Below, piece by piece: positions 40,301-54,065 of a stretch of DNA of 64,000 nt. The first letter of the stretch is position 1; each line of letters opens with the position of its first letter. Position numbers and translations under genes: made by a program. The notes under the pieces are model-generated. The model was not told the origin of the DNA and made no database searches. It saw only the letters and a program-made list of their open reading frames with translations. The stretch is from Nageia nagi (lineage: Eukaryota > Plantae > Pinophyta): positions 93,000,001 to 93,064,000 of the forward strand of contig JBITNC010000001.1 in the NCBI GenBank assembly GCA_050084985.1. The letters are read 5' to 3'.

Positions 40301-43300
40301 AAGACTAAACATAATTGGCCAGTAAAATAGTTAGTTATACAACTATATACATTTTTTACAAAGTTACAGATCCTAGATTTGTAGTACTACTCTTTTCTTG
40401 GAAAGTGCTTAAGATGGCCATTCACCTAAATAGGAAAGACTTGACTATCTATATGAGCCGACTGGTAGGCATTAAACTATTTACATTCAACTATCATAAA
40501 CAATCCTTCCCATAAGGACTCAAATTTCTTATGCTTACTCAATTTGCTTTTATCTTCATTCCATTTTAACACTAGATCACCCTTTTTGAACAAAATAAGA
40601 GAAGCCTTTTTTTTTTGTCAAATTAGGTTTTGACTATTAACTATCTTTTTTGAAAGTTAGTAAAAGCTTTATCCCTCTATTCTTCCAATTCTATTAGCTA
40701 CATATATCTGTGTTGTAAAGGCCCAAAGCAACATAACTCATCTTCCATTAGGATTTCTAGTGTTGAAATCTCTAAATGCATGGGTAATATAGCTCTCTTC
40801 CCATATAATAATGTATAAAAAGAGGTTTTAATAGATTCTTTCAACCACAGTGCATAATCTAATTTTATATGCCATTCTCTTAGATTATCTTCCATTATTC
40901 TTTTGAGATTTCTAAGAATGTTCTTATTGGTGGAATCAACAAGGCCATTTCCCTATGGATAGCAATTCGAAGAGGTTTTCTATATAATGTTATATTTCAT
41001 TGCAAACTCTAATAACTTTATACCAATAAAAATAGGACCATTATAAGAGACTATCATAGCTCAAATCCCAAATCTTGTTATCAACTTCTCTAGAAATATC
41101 AAGACTGTATCTTGATCAACATTCTTTGATGCAATTGCTTCCACCCATCTAGTAAACTAATATGTTCAAGTTAGTATGAACTTGTGTCCAACATATGAAT
41201 TAGAATTAATCATACCTATGAAATCAAGGCTCCATTACTGAAATGATTCCTCAATGAATACAAGCTTAATAGGTATGGAAATACTTCATCTCCTACTAAC
41301 AAACCTAAAATATTTCTCATATTATTTAGTAGTTTGATGTGAGTCCTTGCACATAGTAGATCAGTAGTAACCCACCTGGACATGTTTAATAGTCATTGGT
41401 CATCTGGAATAGTGGCCTCTTGAAAACCCTAAATGAAATTATTTGAGGAGGGTTGGGACATCATTGGGATGAAAATAAGTGAGGAGAAATCTATTATACT
41501 TTATTCTATAAAGCTTCTTTTGGATAACTATATATAATTAGTTTCTTGCAGTTTGAATCTTCTTCTCTAAGGTGCAATAAGTTTATTAGGACATATACCT
41601 ATTTTGAAATAATTTAGTAGTTTAATTATCCATGGCATCTTAAACTCTAACACATATTCATATTCCTCATTATTTTGATGGAAATACACTTGGATAGTAT
41701 CTGAGGTTGAGATACTATCATCATCAGTTACAAAAGTGGCATCATAGTGGGAAGTAGTAGCAATATCTTGACACAAAGTTCTACCTCATACTTGTTTAGT
41801 TAGCCTTACTTCTACATAAAACTTAAGTATATTATTTATCCATCCTATTTTTTCTCCATAATATTCCTTTTATATAATGAAATTTTAGATGTCTAGGTAT
41901 ATGGTATAAACAAGTATCCTACTATGAGATAGAAAGTGTCTAAACTTTTTGAGAGCTCTCATAATAGTAAATAATTATTTCTCCATAAATGTGTATCTTG
42001 TCTTTGCATCATACAATATCTTGTTGTAAAAAGAGATGGGATGCTCTTGTTCTTGTTTATCTTTTTGGGTTAGTATTGCAATAATACCATTATCCAATCG
42101 TACTATGTATAAGATAAAATTCTTGTTAAAATCTGGATTCATCAACACAAGAGTAGTAAGGATTGCTTCTTTGATTTTACTAAATGTTTCTCTTGCTTCT
42201 GAATTCCATAAAAATACTACATCCTTCTTGAGCATATACAAAATTGGTCTAATGACTTGAGCAAAATCATGTATGAATTTCCTTACAAATTTAATATGAC
42301 CAAAAAAAGATTGTAAAGCCTTTTTTTTAGAAGGTAAGGGAATGTTTCTTATTTCCAATACTCTTTTTGGTTCTATGATCATCCATTACTTAGAAATATC
42401 ATGGCCTAACAACTTCCCCTCATCAACAATAAATACTAACTTTTTGGCATTTAAGGACATACCAAAGGCTCTACATTTTTTCAAACATTTCCCTAAGATA
42501 GGTTAAATGATCCTTTCTATGTTTAGAGAAAACATTATTATCATCCAAATAGACTAGGATTATTTTATTGATTAGTGGGACAAAAGCATGATCCGTTGCT
42601 CTTTGAAAGTTTCTCCAGCATTGGATAAACCAAAGAGAATTCTTTTAAATATGAATGTACCCCATTTGGTAGTGAATGTTATCTTATGTTGATCACTATC
42701 TTTCACCCAAATCTGATTGAAACATGAAAATCCATCTATTAAAGAATAACATTTTGCTTCTACTACTTTGTGGAGAATTTGGTCCATTAAAGGAACTAGA
42801 TAATGGTCCTTCAATGAAGCTTGATTGAGATTTCTAAAATCTACATAGAGGTGAATCTCTCCACTCTTCTTCCGAATTGGCACCAAATTATAAACCCATG
42901 TAGTGTCCTTGATAGCATATATGATACTAGCATCCACTAGCTTAATCAATTTTTGTTTCATCATTTCCTCAATCTTAAGATTGACTGACCTCTAATTTTT
43001 CTAAAAGGAAAAATATCTTCCTTTAACTTTATGGAATATTGAATTACATCCATATGGCATATCTTTAAATCTTGGTAATTCCAAGCAATGATATCTTGAA
43101 ATTCCCTTGATAATAGAATGACATCTCTAATCTCATGGGGAGTAGCATTAATCCCAATATTCACTCTTTTATTAGGTAAAACCTTTATTTCATGGTAAGT
43201 CTTTTTATATTCATTGAAGGATACAGTCCTAAAATGATCTTATCTATCAAAGGATTGGTCAAGGGATATCAAAAATTTTGTGATGAAGTTATCCTTAAGA

Positions 43301-46300
43301 TAAATAACATCCTTGTTATGTATGTCATTTAATGTAGTTTCCTCATCATTTGAAAATACAAAATGTTGGATAAATTGATTAATTTGGTCATTGTAATCAA
43401 AACCTTACTGATGAAAATCATTATCAAGCACAGATGGCTTGAATATCAATTGAATATCCTTACTGATATTTGAATTACCAATAATATCATAGTTAGCTGC
43501 CTTAGATGCCAACTGATTTGCCAAGTTATTATGACATCTTCTTACTACCATAAAATTTAGTTCTAGAGAGTCCTTTGATAAGTCCATCACTCTATTTTTG
43601 TATGTTTTTAGATAGTGGTGCTTGATAGAACACTTATCTGTTACTTGATTCATGATTAATTATGAATCTCCTATTATAGATAAGCACTTGATTCTAAGTA
43701 TTATAGCTTTGGATAAACCTAGATAAAGAGATTCATATTCAGCAGCATTATTCATACAGGATCATGTTAGCATATAAGAGAATCTCTTAGATGGTTTTAA
43801 TGGGGATTTAAAAACCACACCAAATCTAGCTCCATTCTTATATTTTGCATCATCAAAGTGTACTATCCATAGTTCCATTTACCTATGTTATGACTGAGTA
43901 AGGGTAGGTATGTGATAATCTAGTTCTATAATACAATAGGTTCCCATATCCACATATCTTATTTTTTTAATAATTTGAATATGTTGATCATCCTCTTCAT
44001 GTCTATGATTGAGCAAATCAGTGCATAACCCTTCTTCATCTTCTAATAGATTCATGTAAATCTGATGTAATTTCTCCAAGTGATATGGAGAAGTTATTTG
44101 ATTGTAGATCCTTATCTTTCTTTCTCCATAAGGAACAACCATATGGGTTAAGTCATTAGCAATGTATCCTCCTATTTTTATCATAAACTCTCTTGAAAAG
44201 CATAGGAAAAACAAGAGGGTAAATATACAACCACTATTTCTTGAGGAAAGGTTAGTTATGGCAGCTTATGCAAAGAAATCAAAATATCCTTAATAGTTAC
44301 AACAATTCTAATAGAACTATCATCTAATTATAGGACACCAAGTGTATCTTTAGTATAATTAAGGCTAATTGCCTCACAAATAACTTTTGGCATTACAGTA
44401 GTAGCAGCTTTGGTATCTAACAAACAATTATGGACTAGCCAACCTTCCATTATTAATGAGATATAGAATAGAGTAGGCCTATTCTTTCCAATTCCTAAAA
44501 TAATCTCTAATTGAGATAATGAAATTGTAGAAGTTTTGAGATTAACATAGTAGTTGTAAAAGATTCTTTCAATAAATCTAACTGATCGGGAATTAACAAT
44601 GCATCAAACATAGATACCCTAGAAGGCACTTTCTTCATCTCATTTATAATGTTGAAAGGGAAGTTGGTTTGAGGCCTACCTTTATAGTCTGGTTGATATC
44701 TAATTTGATATTATTGATATGTATATGAGTGACTGAGGGTAGTCTCAAAGTTCTTGTAGCAAGTTCCCTCTCATTCTCATATTAGGGAGGCAGAGTCCTT
44801 GGTCCAAGAATGTTATGCATCACAAAGTTGTCTCTAGATGATGTTGAAGTAGTTGAGGTAGGATATTATTCTCTTATTGTTATATAAGGAATTATTCTGT
44901 ATCTCAATGGAGCCTCATCCCTTCAAATACTATCCAGATTAGTTTATCTGGTTGATCTTATCTCAACTTAAAAGATGACATCATGAGATCTAGAGTTCAT
45001 GCAAATTATATTTGGAGGTTCTTCATTGGTCATGACTTTTTTGGCCTTAAAATCCAAATGCTTAGCTTCTCTTGCAAGCTTGCAGTGATGAATGTAAATT
45101 ACACAACTTTTAGGAATATGAGGATCATTGCAAAATGAGCACCAATAGTCAAGTTTTGCACTTTGATCTATCATGTTTGCAGCTATAAATGAGTTTCTCA
45201 AAGAGGAAATTAAATTTTTGGCTATATATGGCATTGGCATCTAATTATTATACTCATATATTTTATTTTTAGGTCCATATATATCATATATCCTCTATAG
45301 ACTTGCTCTTTCCCTTGATAATAGCTTATTCTACATGTCTCTCATCATGGCCTTTAACTCTTGTATTTTTGAAGTTTCAAAAACAAGGGAGGTAGGATCT
45401 ATATCTCCCAATGGAATAGGTGCTAACACAGGTGGAGGTAATACCAAGCATTTTTATCAAGATGGTATTTTCAAAAACAAAGGCATGATAATTATTGTAG
45501 GTAGCTTCTTAATAGCTATCAAGTCACATTCAACTTCAATAGCCACTTTGTATAACTCAAGAAAGATTGTTACTTTTTCATTCTTAATTTGATGGGCCAA
45601 ATTTAGGGAGAAAGCTTTCAAGTAGTAGAAATAAGCATGGGAATCTTATGGTATCAAAGATGCAAGAACTATATCCCATGACTTTCTAAATATAACATTG
45701 AAATTAGTGATATACTCTTAGTTATTTCTCTTGATAGAAGTAAACTGAGTGAGCAAGGATACTAGGTATGCAACTCCATCTAACTCATCAACAAAAGCTC
45801 TAACTAGATCAACCCAATTTGTTACAAAAGCATTCAAAAGGGATTTGTACCAATCAACTACTTTTTCCTTAAAGGACATAACAACCAACAGAACTAGAAT
45901 ATCTTCAATTGTAACATCATGGTTCCTTGCTTGATTCAGGACATCCTTACAATGCTCAAAAGTAGATATAGTGTTACCCATTCCATAAAATATAGATTTT
46001 TTCTTTACCACAACATGGGGTATTATAGTGACTAGATTAAGAGGACATCCACCATTGAAGAGTGGAAACTTGGGATGAGATACTTGAGAAGCCATAGAAA
46101 TCCTATGAGGAGGATTTACTAAAGAAGAAAGTAGCAAGGTTCTAGGTACTTCCTATAGAAACTCATCAGCTTCAAAGATAGTAGGCAAGGGCTACTTCCT
46201 TGGTCTCCTCCTAGAATCTAGCTCTAGAAATATGGGATGTTCTCCTAACTCTCTTACTCTTCTCCTTGTTAGCATAAAAAATGGTGAGGAGGCAAAAAAC

Positions 46301-49290
46301 AAATAGGAAAGCTAGTCTAAGAACAAAATACTCATATTTAGTGTAAAATGATTCTAATGATCACAAAAGTGTAATGTTTTGGGATCTTTGACAATCGAGT
46401 CACTAATAAGGTGGTTTTAAGGTCTTATGAATTACAAATTAGTGGGTCAAAGTCCCACTAGGTGTGCCAAATTAGAGATTTGAATGCTTATTATCTATAA
46501 AATACTTGGTTTAGAGTCCCATCGGGCATTCCAAATTAGAGATACTCGTACCTTGATTTTCAAATTCATGGGTTTTTGTCCCATTGAGTGTGCCAAATTA
46601 GATATAATATTGATTAGCCTAAGGTAATGTGAATTATGCTCATTTAACCAAAGTAAATCCTTGATACAAGATACAAACTTGTTGTAAATTAATCTTCGAT
46701 ATGAAGGTTGGCTCCTTATCCATTAGGGTTTTGAGTTTAAGGGTTAGAAAAGATAAGAGTTATAAATATATATAATTAAAAAAGGTAAGAGTTAGAAATG
46801 TATAGGGCAAAAGAGGGTGAACTAGGATCACCATAGGCATTAAAAATCTTCTAATTGTTTGGTATAGATATTGTTCAAATTTTATAGTTATAGGTAGTCT
46901 TAACTAGATAAATGACTATAGTACCTAACAACCATAGTCTAATCCATGCTTGAATTCCTTATTAGAAGGCACACAACTATTAGTAATAACCCTAGAGTGA
47001 TAAATATTTCAAACACAACCTAAGAGGCCAAATAGTACGAGCTAATAATCCCAAAACACACAGTAATTTTTAAAGGGTAATATTTAACAAGTATCTGACC
47101 TTTTATTTAGTAGAGGCCTATAGTTTTTCTAGAAATTTACAAGATCTAGGATTGCATACCTATCTACTAAACTATGATATATAATGCTTATTAATTACAA
47201 AATAAGATCTTTTGATCTTTTTAAAGATATTTGCATCATCCAAAATTAAATTCTAAGAAAATCTAATTGATCCAAGGTACAATGAATAAGAATCCCATCA
47301 TCCTCTTGATCCTTGGGTAGCAATCTCATTTGGAAGCTTTTGATTCTAATTTATGCTATCTTTAGGATACATATCAATATCATATTGAATCAGGATTTGC
47401 TTATGATCAAATCATGTATCTACAACTAGAGGGCACCTAGATCTGATTTCTTTAACAATTATTATAGTGTGGCTTGGAGGTTTCTATCCCTTTTCCTTAA
47501 TTATACTCTCTTATAAATGTAGTTATAGAAGTTATTACCTTGGTATCAACCTAACAATATGATTTCACATGTCAAGTCTCCCTGATTTGGGTAACCAATA
47601 ACCTTATCTTCTTATATTTTAATCTTAATCTTATTAGATAAGTATTTAATGATCTTGAAGGCTCTATCAACTTGATCTTTTAATTTGTACTAAATTCATA
47701 TTCTCCATAAGGTAATATGTATCAAATATGGGTTGGAAGGGTCATTTTGGAGTATTTTTAAAGAATCTACATTGTAGAATCATAGAATGATGTTAGCATC
47801 TTCCAGAGTCTAGAGAGAGTCTTCTAGAGTTCTTCTTTGTATTGAATTTCAACTAATGTAAGGCTAAAAGTCTTAATTTATTAATAGGAATTACAAAATG
47901 TGGATAGACATGTGGTAAGACTTGAGAGGTGGTAGATGTTTACCCTCTGGAGAAGGTCACTATAGAGTGTTCTCTTGGTTGAATCCAAGGTGTAGATCTG
48001 ATAGCCTTATGTCAGCCTTTCTGTAATGCATATTCCTTTATTTTTTTATTTTGTAATGTAGATAAACATCATAATTTAATCCATATTAAGAATGTGAATT
48101 CCTTTATTCTATGCCTTTTGTGATTTAGAGAAACAATATGATGTAAGCCAACTCTAAAACATGGATTCCTTTATTTTGTGCCTTTAGCAATGTGGAGAAA
48201 TAATGTGATGTAAGCCATCTCCAGAATATAGATTTCTTTACTCTAAGCTAGAGAGGATATTTCAAACTAACTTCTACCATGTAGAGGATGTTGAGATCAC
48301 CTCCACTATCTAAAATGCATATTTCTTCCATTTGAATGCGAACTTAGAGGATTTTTCTTCCTTCCAAGGTCCAAAGAAGCATAGATGATGTGAGCCATAT
48401 CCGAAATATGGAGTTGACTTATAAGCTTTATGCACTTTTACTAACACTTAACTTTATTACATCCTTATCCTATTGTATGTAACATCGATGAACCTACCAC
48501 AGACTTGACTATTATTTTTAATGCCCGATACCACCATTGTGACTACTGGTATATATCATAGATAACCAATACACCTATTATACATTTGACATACCTTATT
48601 ATAGTGCTTGGAAGCCATATAAATTACTAAGAAGGCATATTATAGACTTTTCATGCCTTTCTCTTAATTACCATTACTTAACTTTACATCTAATGAGTTT
48701 AAATATATTTTTTCAAAAATCTAGCGGTATTTACAGATATCAAGATTTTGACATACCTATCAAAATATTTACAAAAGATAATATACTATTCGGACATAAT
48801 TATTTGAACATGTTTTGAATTGAATGGTCAAAACTTGAATCTCAAAATTGGAACACTTTAGGTGGTTAATTTGACTATGATTGACCATGATCCATGATTA
48901 ACCACCACCAGTAGGACTTGTTCTTGAATAAAATGATCTCATTTAATTTCAACGTTATTCTGATGGAATTTGGTCTTCTTGGTTGTTACGGATCTTTACC
49001 AAAATCAAATACTCTTTGAATACTTTATGTAGCTAAGTCCACACTTATGGGTAGATAATACACCTTATGCAATCAAGTCAACTCTTGTGCAAAGAGAATG
49101 TACCTTATGTGGTTAAGTAAACTCTTGTGTGGAGAGGGTATTCCTTATGGGTATTTAAAAAAATAGAATAATACTTATGTATCATGAATTGAATATTAAT
49201 TTGGAAAAGATTCATGTCTTGAACAAGCAAATGTAATCAATACACAATCATAGTCATACACATAGCACTATGTACAAAATTACATCTACA
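37365..49290 (-). mobile_element. Full-length decayed Ty3/Gypsy, TatII-like (gag-PR-aRH-RT-RH-INT); LTRs 37365-40135 and 46608-49290
   Basis: ~2.7 kb colinear LTRs; TSD gaagt/aaagc, whose removal restores the host Copia frame (CYEE[V/A]CTKNVW); protease LLDTKA ~44410; aRH WIVHFDDA..NNAAEYESL at 43870-43400; RT VDFRNLN and LVYLDD; integrase 41560-40420. Confidence 0.92.
46442..46605 (-). repeat. Tandem array of three tRNA-Arg(UCU)-type primer binding sites, period 62-64 bp
   Basis: Minus strand: at(c/a)tctaatt followed by TGGCACACTCAATGGGAC / TGGAATGCCCGATGGGAC / TGGCACACCTAGTGGGAC, with TGG starting at 46595, 46533 and 46469. Confidence 0.85.
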
Positions 49291-52200
49291 AAAGCTTGCA
49301 CCAAAAATGTGTGGTTGAAGATCATGCAAGAAGAGCTTCACTCAATTGAAAATAATGATACTTGGGAGCTTTATGAGTTTCCCAAAGGAAAGAGATGTGT
49401 AAGATCCAAGTGGGTCTACAAAACTAAATATAATAGTGATGGAATAATTGAGAGACATAAAGCTAGATTGATTGCCAAAGGATTCACAAAAAAATATGGA
49501 GTGGATTATGAAGAGACTTTTACATCGATTACAAGATAAGAAATAGTAAGAATTCTTCTCTCATTGGTAGTCCAAAAGCATTAGAATATACATCTCATGG
49601 ATGTAAAGAGTGCATTCTTGAATGGCTACTTGGATGAGGAGGTTTATGTGCGACAACCTCAAGGATTTCAAGTGAAAGGTAAAGAGAAGCATGTGTGCAA
49701 GCTCAAGAAGGCAAGAGCTTGATATACTTGGATTGATGGATACTTCCATAGGTTTGTAATCATTAGGAGAAAAAATGAGTCAAAACTCTACATCAAAAGA
49801 GAAGATAAGCACATTTTTCCTGTTTCTCTTTATGTTGATGATTTGATTTACATGGGAAGTGATTCTATCATGAATTAAAAGTTCAAGACTGATTTGATAC
49901 ATGAGTTTGATATGAACGATCTAAGCCTTATGAGGTAATTTCTTGGCATGGAGGTTGACTAATGTTGATAAGCTCATATTTTTATTTTCCAAAGCAAGTA
50001 TGCAAGAGACATGCTCACAAAATATGGTATGAATAATTGTACTTCTATTTTAGATCTTGTAGTTCATGGAGAGTTACTTTGCAAAGAAGATGGTGCTCCA
50101 AAAGAAAATGTAACAAAATTTAGGATCATTGTAGGTAGTATCATGTTTCTTTGCAACATTAGGCTTGATATCCAATTTGCTATCTCAATGGTGTCTAGAT
50201 ACATGAATAATCCTTCCATTTTGCATATGAAGGCTGTAAAGTGAATTTTGAGATATGTGAAAGGCACCATCAATTAATTTGGTCTCCATTATTCTCATGT
50301 GGAAAAGATGGAACTTGTAGGATTTAGTGATAGTGATTGGGGAAGTAATATTGATGATGGAAATAATACTTTTAGATAATGTTTCTCACTTAGTTTAGAA
50401 GTGATTACATAGAGCTCCAAGAAATAATCTACAGTGGCACTTTCCTCTTTTGAAGTAGAGTATATTGCTCTCACAATAGCTAGCACTCAAGCACTATGGT
50501 TAAAGAAGTTTCTTGAAGAGATTAGTGAGAAATAACATGGACAAACCATTATTTATTATGATAATAAGAGTGTAATTTAGTTGGCACACAATTCGATCCA
50601 CCATAATAGGTTAAAGCACTTTTAATTGAAGTACCATTTCATCTATGATATGGTGGAGAAGAGAAAAATTGAGCTTCAATGTTGCAATACCAATATCAAT
50701 TTGTTTAATATATTTATAAAAGGTTTTTTCAAGGCTCAATATATGATTCTCAAAGACTTCATGGTGAGTCCTCTTCATATCAAGGGGGATAATGTTGAAG
50801 ACTTAGCACTTGTAGTGAGTAGATTTTTAGAGTTTATTGAGTTCACTACTCAACCAGTGTCTTATAGATTGACTACGCAACTAGCCTCCATCCACTTGGC
50901 CTCCAAATATGCAAATAAGTCCTTACCCAACTAGTTATACCTGACCAATCGATCTACAACCAAGCGATTAGGCTAAAAAAAAAGTGCCTTGCAACTCAAC
51001 ATATTTGAGGTATTTTTTCATATTTTTTGTGCATTTTCTTTAGTTCTTCCAACTCATCCTAGTGTAATTGACATGTGTAGAAGTTGTTAGCTTTAGTTAA
51101 AAGTGTTAAAGAAATTTGTAACTTAGTCTAGTTTTTTATTACATAAGCTATTATATTATTCTCTATTCAATTCTATAACTCTCACCATTGAAGAGTTTAT
51201 GAAGCTTCATTTTTGAACTTTATGAATATAATTTCATTTTACTTTAATATATACTTATTTCTATTTAGTTCCAATATTGTTATTATAGTTTAGCTCCAAT
51301 TTTATTTATTGAATTCTCTTGAATTCATCACCTAAACCTCAAAACCCTTAATCTCTTGATCTCTAAAACCTAAAATTCTAAACACTTAAACTCATAAACC
51401 CTAAACCCTAAAAAAACTATAAATCCTTAAACCCTAAGTCAACATTTTTAACTCTAAGTAAAATATTTAAAGCCCAAATTAATATTTAAAAATTAAATAT
51501 AATTAATTAATTTAAAGCATGTAAGGTATTCCTACTTTATTACGATTTCAGCATCCACCCTTTCCTGAAGCTTTGTGAAACCTTCTTTAAGTCCATATTT
51601 GCATTCCTCCTTTGTTGGAAGCCTATTATATCTCGATAACTAAATAAAAAGATTAATTAAATAAATTAATAAATATTTAATTATTGAATGTATAAATATT
51701 AAATAATTCATTATATTAGTATACTCATAAATATGGCATCAAGCTCTTGCTTTCCTACAGAATCCATACAATGCGTACCCATAGATAATGATCTAAAAAA
51801 TCCATGTGCTCATGAAACTTTCTGCTACTGTGAGGGTTGTTTTATGGATGCATAATGCTCCTTGATTGCATTCACTTTAGCCACTAACTATTTCTACACT
51901 TTTGGATCATAATTAGCCTTTCTATGGTAATGAGTATGTTACGCTAGATCAAGAGAGTTTATGATGCATCTATATTGGTCTCTCTTTTAATTTAGTATCC
52001 TTCTTGCCTTATGTAGTGCAAAATTTGCATTGAACCCATATCCAAAATATTTTTTGAGAGCACTTATAAATCTTCTTTTAACTGCATCAAATGTATGGGT
52101 AATAATCCAAAAATATTTTTTAATGATGGTAATAAGGAGTGCAGGTTACAAGGAGGGAATTTAGAAATTAGGGCATGGTAATCATGGCTCGAGTGCCTTT

Positions 52201-53794
52201 TTACCTATAGCCACCTTTAATTCACATAGAATAGAGTGGTATCATGGTGGAGGGTGAGGATTCATTAGAGTATTTAAGGATGAATATGGTTAAGATGATG
52301 ATGATGATGAGGATTCTATAGCGGAAAGTGCCTCTTTCAATCCTCTCTTGCCTTCTAAGATTATGTCAAAGGTTATGTGGTTAGTCCCTTTGGCTTATGC
52401 GATAGGCTTTGGGTCTTTTCATAACTTTTTAGAATGGACTCAAGACTCTACATGGTGGATTTTGGGCTCATATGTGATGATCTATGATGTTCCAATATGC
52501 AAGTGGCTGGCTTTCATCAATTGGTTTAGGAGTATCTTGGTGTGCTCAATGAGGTTGCATAGGGGTTGATTGAGGGCTTCCTATGAACATGATAGGCACA
52601 TTTCCTCATAATGATCCTCATGTCATGATCACATTAGATTGATGAGACTCACATGATACGATGACTATAGCATATGGGTACACTATGATCTTTGTAGTAG
52701 ATTTTTTTAGAAGTTTTAACTTATATAGTTGTTATAACCGAAATAATAATTATTAGGGTTATTTACAAAATAATTAAATTCTCTAATTAACTATGAAAAG
52801 TAGGAAATTGATGACATAAAAGATGATAATAGCTTACCTAATCTTGACCTATCAAAACTGGATTAACAAAAGATACAAACTTGTACTTTACTTGTGATGA
52901 TGAATGAAGGAGAAATTCAATCAAAAGAGGATGAATGATGAGCTTCCCAGAAATATGAAGCCACCAATCCGACCCTAACCCAATGATGATGTTAGAAATC
53001 CAAAAATAATGCCTAATTACCATTCTAGAATTCCTTACCCTTTCACTTGATGTCATCATCCCACCTTCAATGTATTGAATCTCAATCATGAAGCAGTGAA
53101 AGATTAGAGATGATAGGTGATGTTAAGAAACACTAATCAAGATTGACACAAATATATTACCACCTATCAAGGATTCAATATCATGTCATTTCATATATTT
53201 AATCATGCATAATCCCTCCACCTTTATAGGAAATAAGTCTAGTGCTAAGGTTCTTCCTTAAGCTTATTATGATGCCAAGATGACATGTTACCATAAAACA
53301 TAAGGGTAGATGAGAGTGCACATGGAAAAGAGTATTTATTTAATAAATTAAATAAATTATTTTATATATACAAAAAGTTATTTTAATTAAATTAAAATTT
53401 CTTTTTAGTTGTTAACAAATACCCAGCTTTGAATATGTTTTGATGCTTTTGAGACAAAACAAAATCAAAGCATGAATTCAAAGTATAACAAGAAAAGTAA
53501 GAAGATACTTCCTAAAAAATTGTGGCATGGTGGTGATTTAGATGCCCTAGGTCTTACTTATGTTATGCCCCCTCTTTGGTTTGGTTGTGACATGATGGAC
53601 CTCTTATCATAGGAACAATCCAAGGTAAAGAAAAAGGTACCTAAAAAGAGCTTAGACAAGAAATATTTATGTAGTATATCTCAAATATAAACATGATATG
53701 AAAAATATGATAAGTGATAAGAAATCAAACCTATGATTGGTGGCTTACCCACGAAGATGAAGAAGATGATAAAAAATTTAGATTGATCATCTTG

Positions 53795-54065
53795 GTTTCC
53801 CAAGCCACCATATTGCCATGGATTTTGTTATGAATGGCCCTTCCTTACAAAGATAATAAATGATAAAACTAACCCTTCCTTACAAAGGCATCAAATTGTA
53901 AGAATGACTAAATTGATTTACTAAGCCACCATGTTTCCATGTATTTTTTTGATAAGATTACCCCTTCATTACAAAGGAGACTAATGATATGAGTGACCAA
54001 CTTAGTGCCCCAAGCCACCATATTGCCATGGATTTGCTGATAAGAATGCCCCTTCCTTATAAATG
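53795..54065 (+). repeat. Three dispersed copies of a ~55-bp motif
   Basis: aagccaccat...ccatg.att...ccttc.tta at ~53802, 53923, 54012. Confidence 0.7.

Larger units (their letters stand above)
34029..51330 (+). mobile_element. Full-length decayed Ty1/Copia: LTRs 34029-34586 and 50793-51330, PBS-iMet at 34589, gag-PR-INT (34684-37364), RT-RH (49296-50790)
   Basis: Homologous LTRs; perfect TSD CCTAA (34024-34028 / 51331-51335); tggtatcaaag PBS; PPT aagggggat; motifs LDTNYSNHMT, KWVYKTK, MDVKSAFLNG, LYVDDL, GFSDSDW. Confidence 0.93.
31150..52729 (-). mobile_element. CACTA element (left TIR at 31150) with multi-exon decayed ORF; host to a nested Copia and Gypsy; other end not in window
   Basis: CACTACAAGAAA at 31150-31161; exon-like blocks at ~31800-31965, 51536-51640 and 51725-52700 separated by AT-rich intron-like sequence. 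Confidence 0.6.

Noticed and set aside
46442-46605. CRISPR-like geometry (28-bp repeat, ~35-bp spacers) or a tRNA gene
   Set aside because: Eukaryotic LTR context with no cas genes; repeats match only a tRNA 3' end including CCA with no full cloverleaf; linkers share weak similarity
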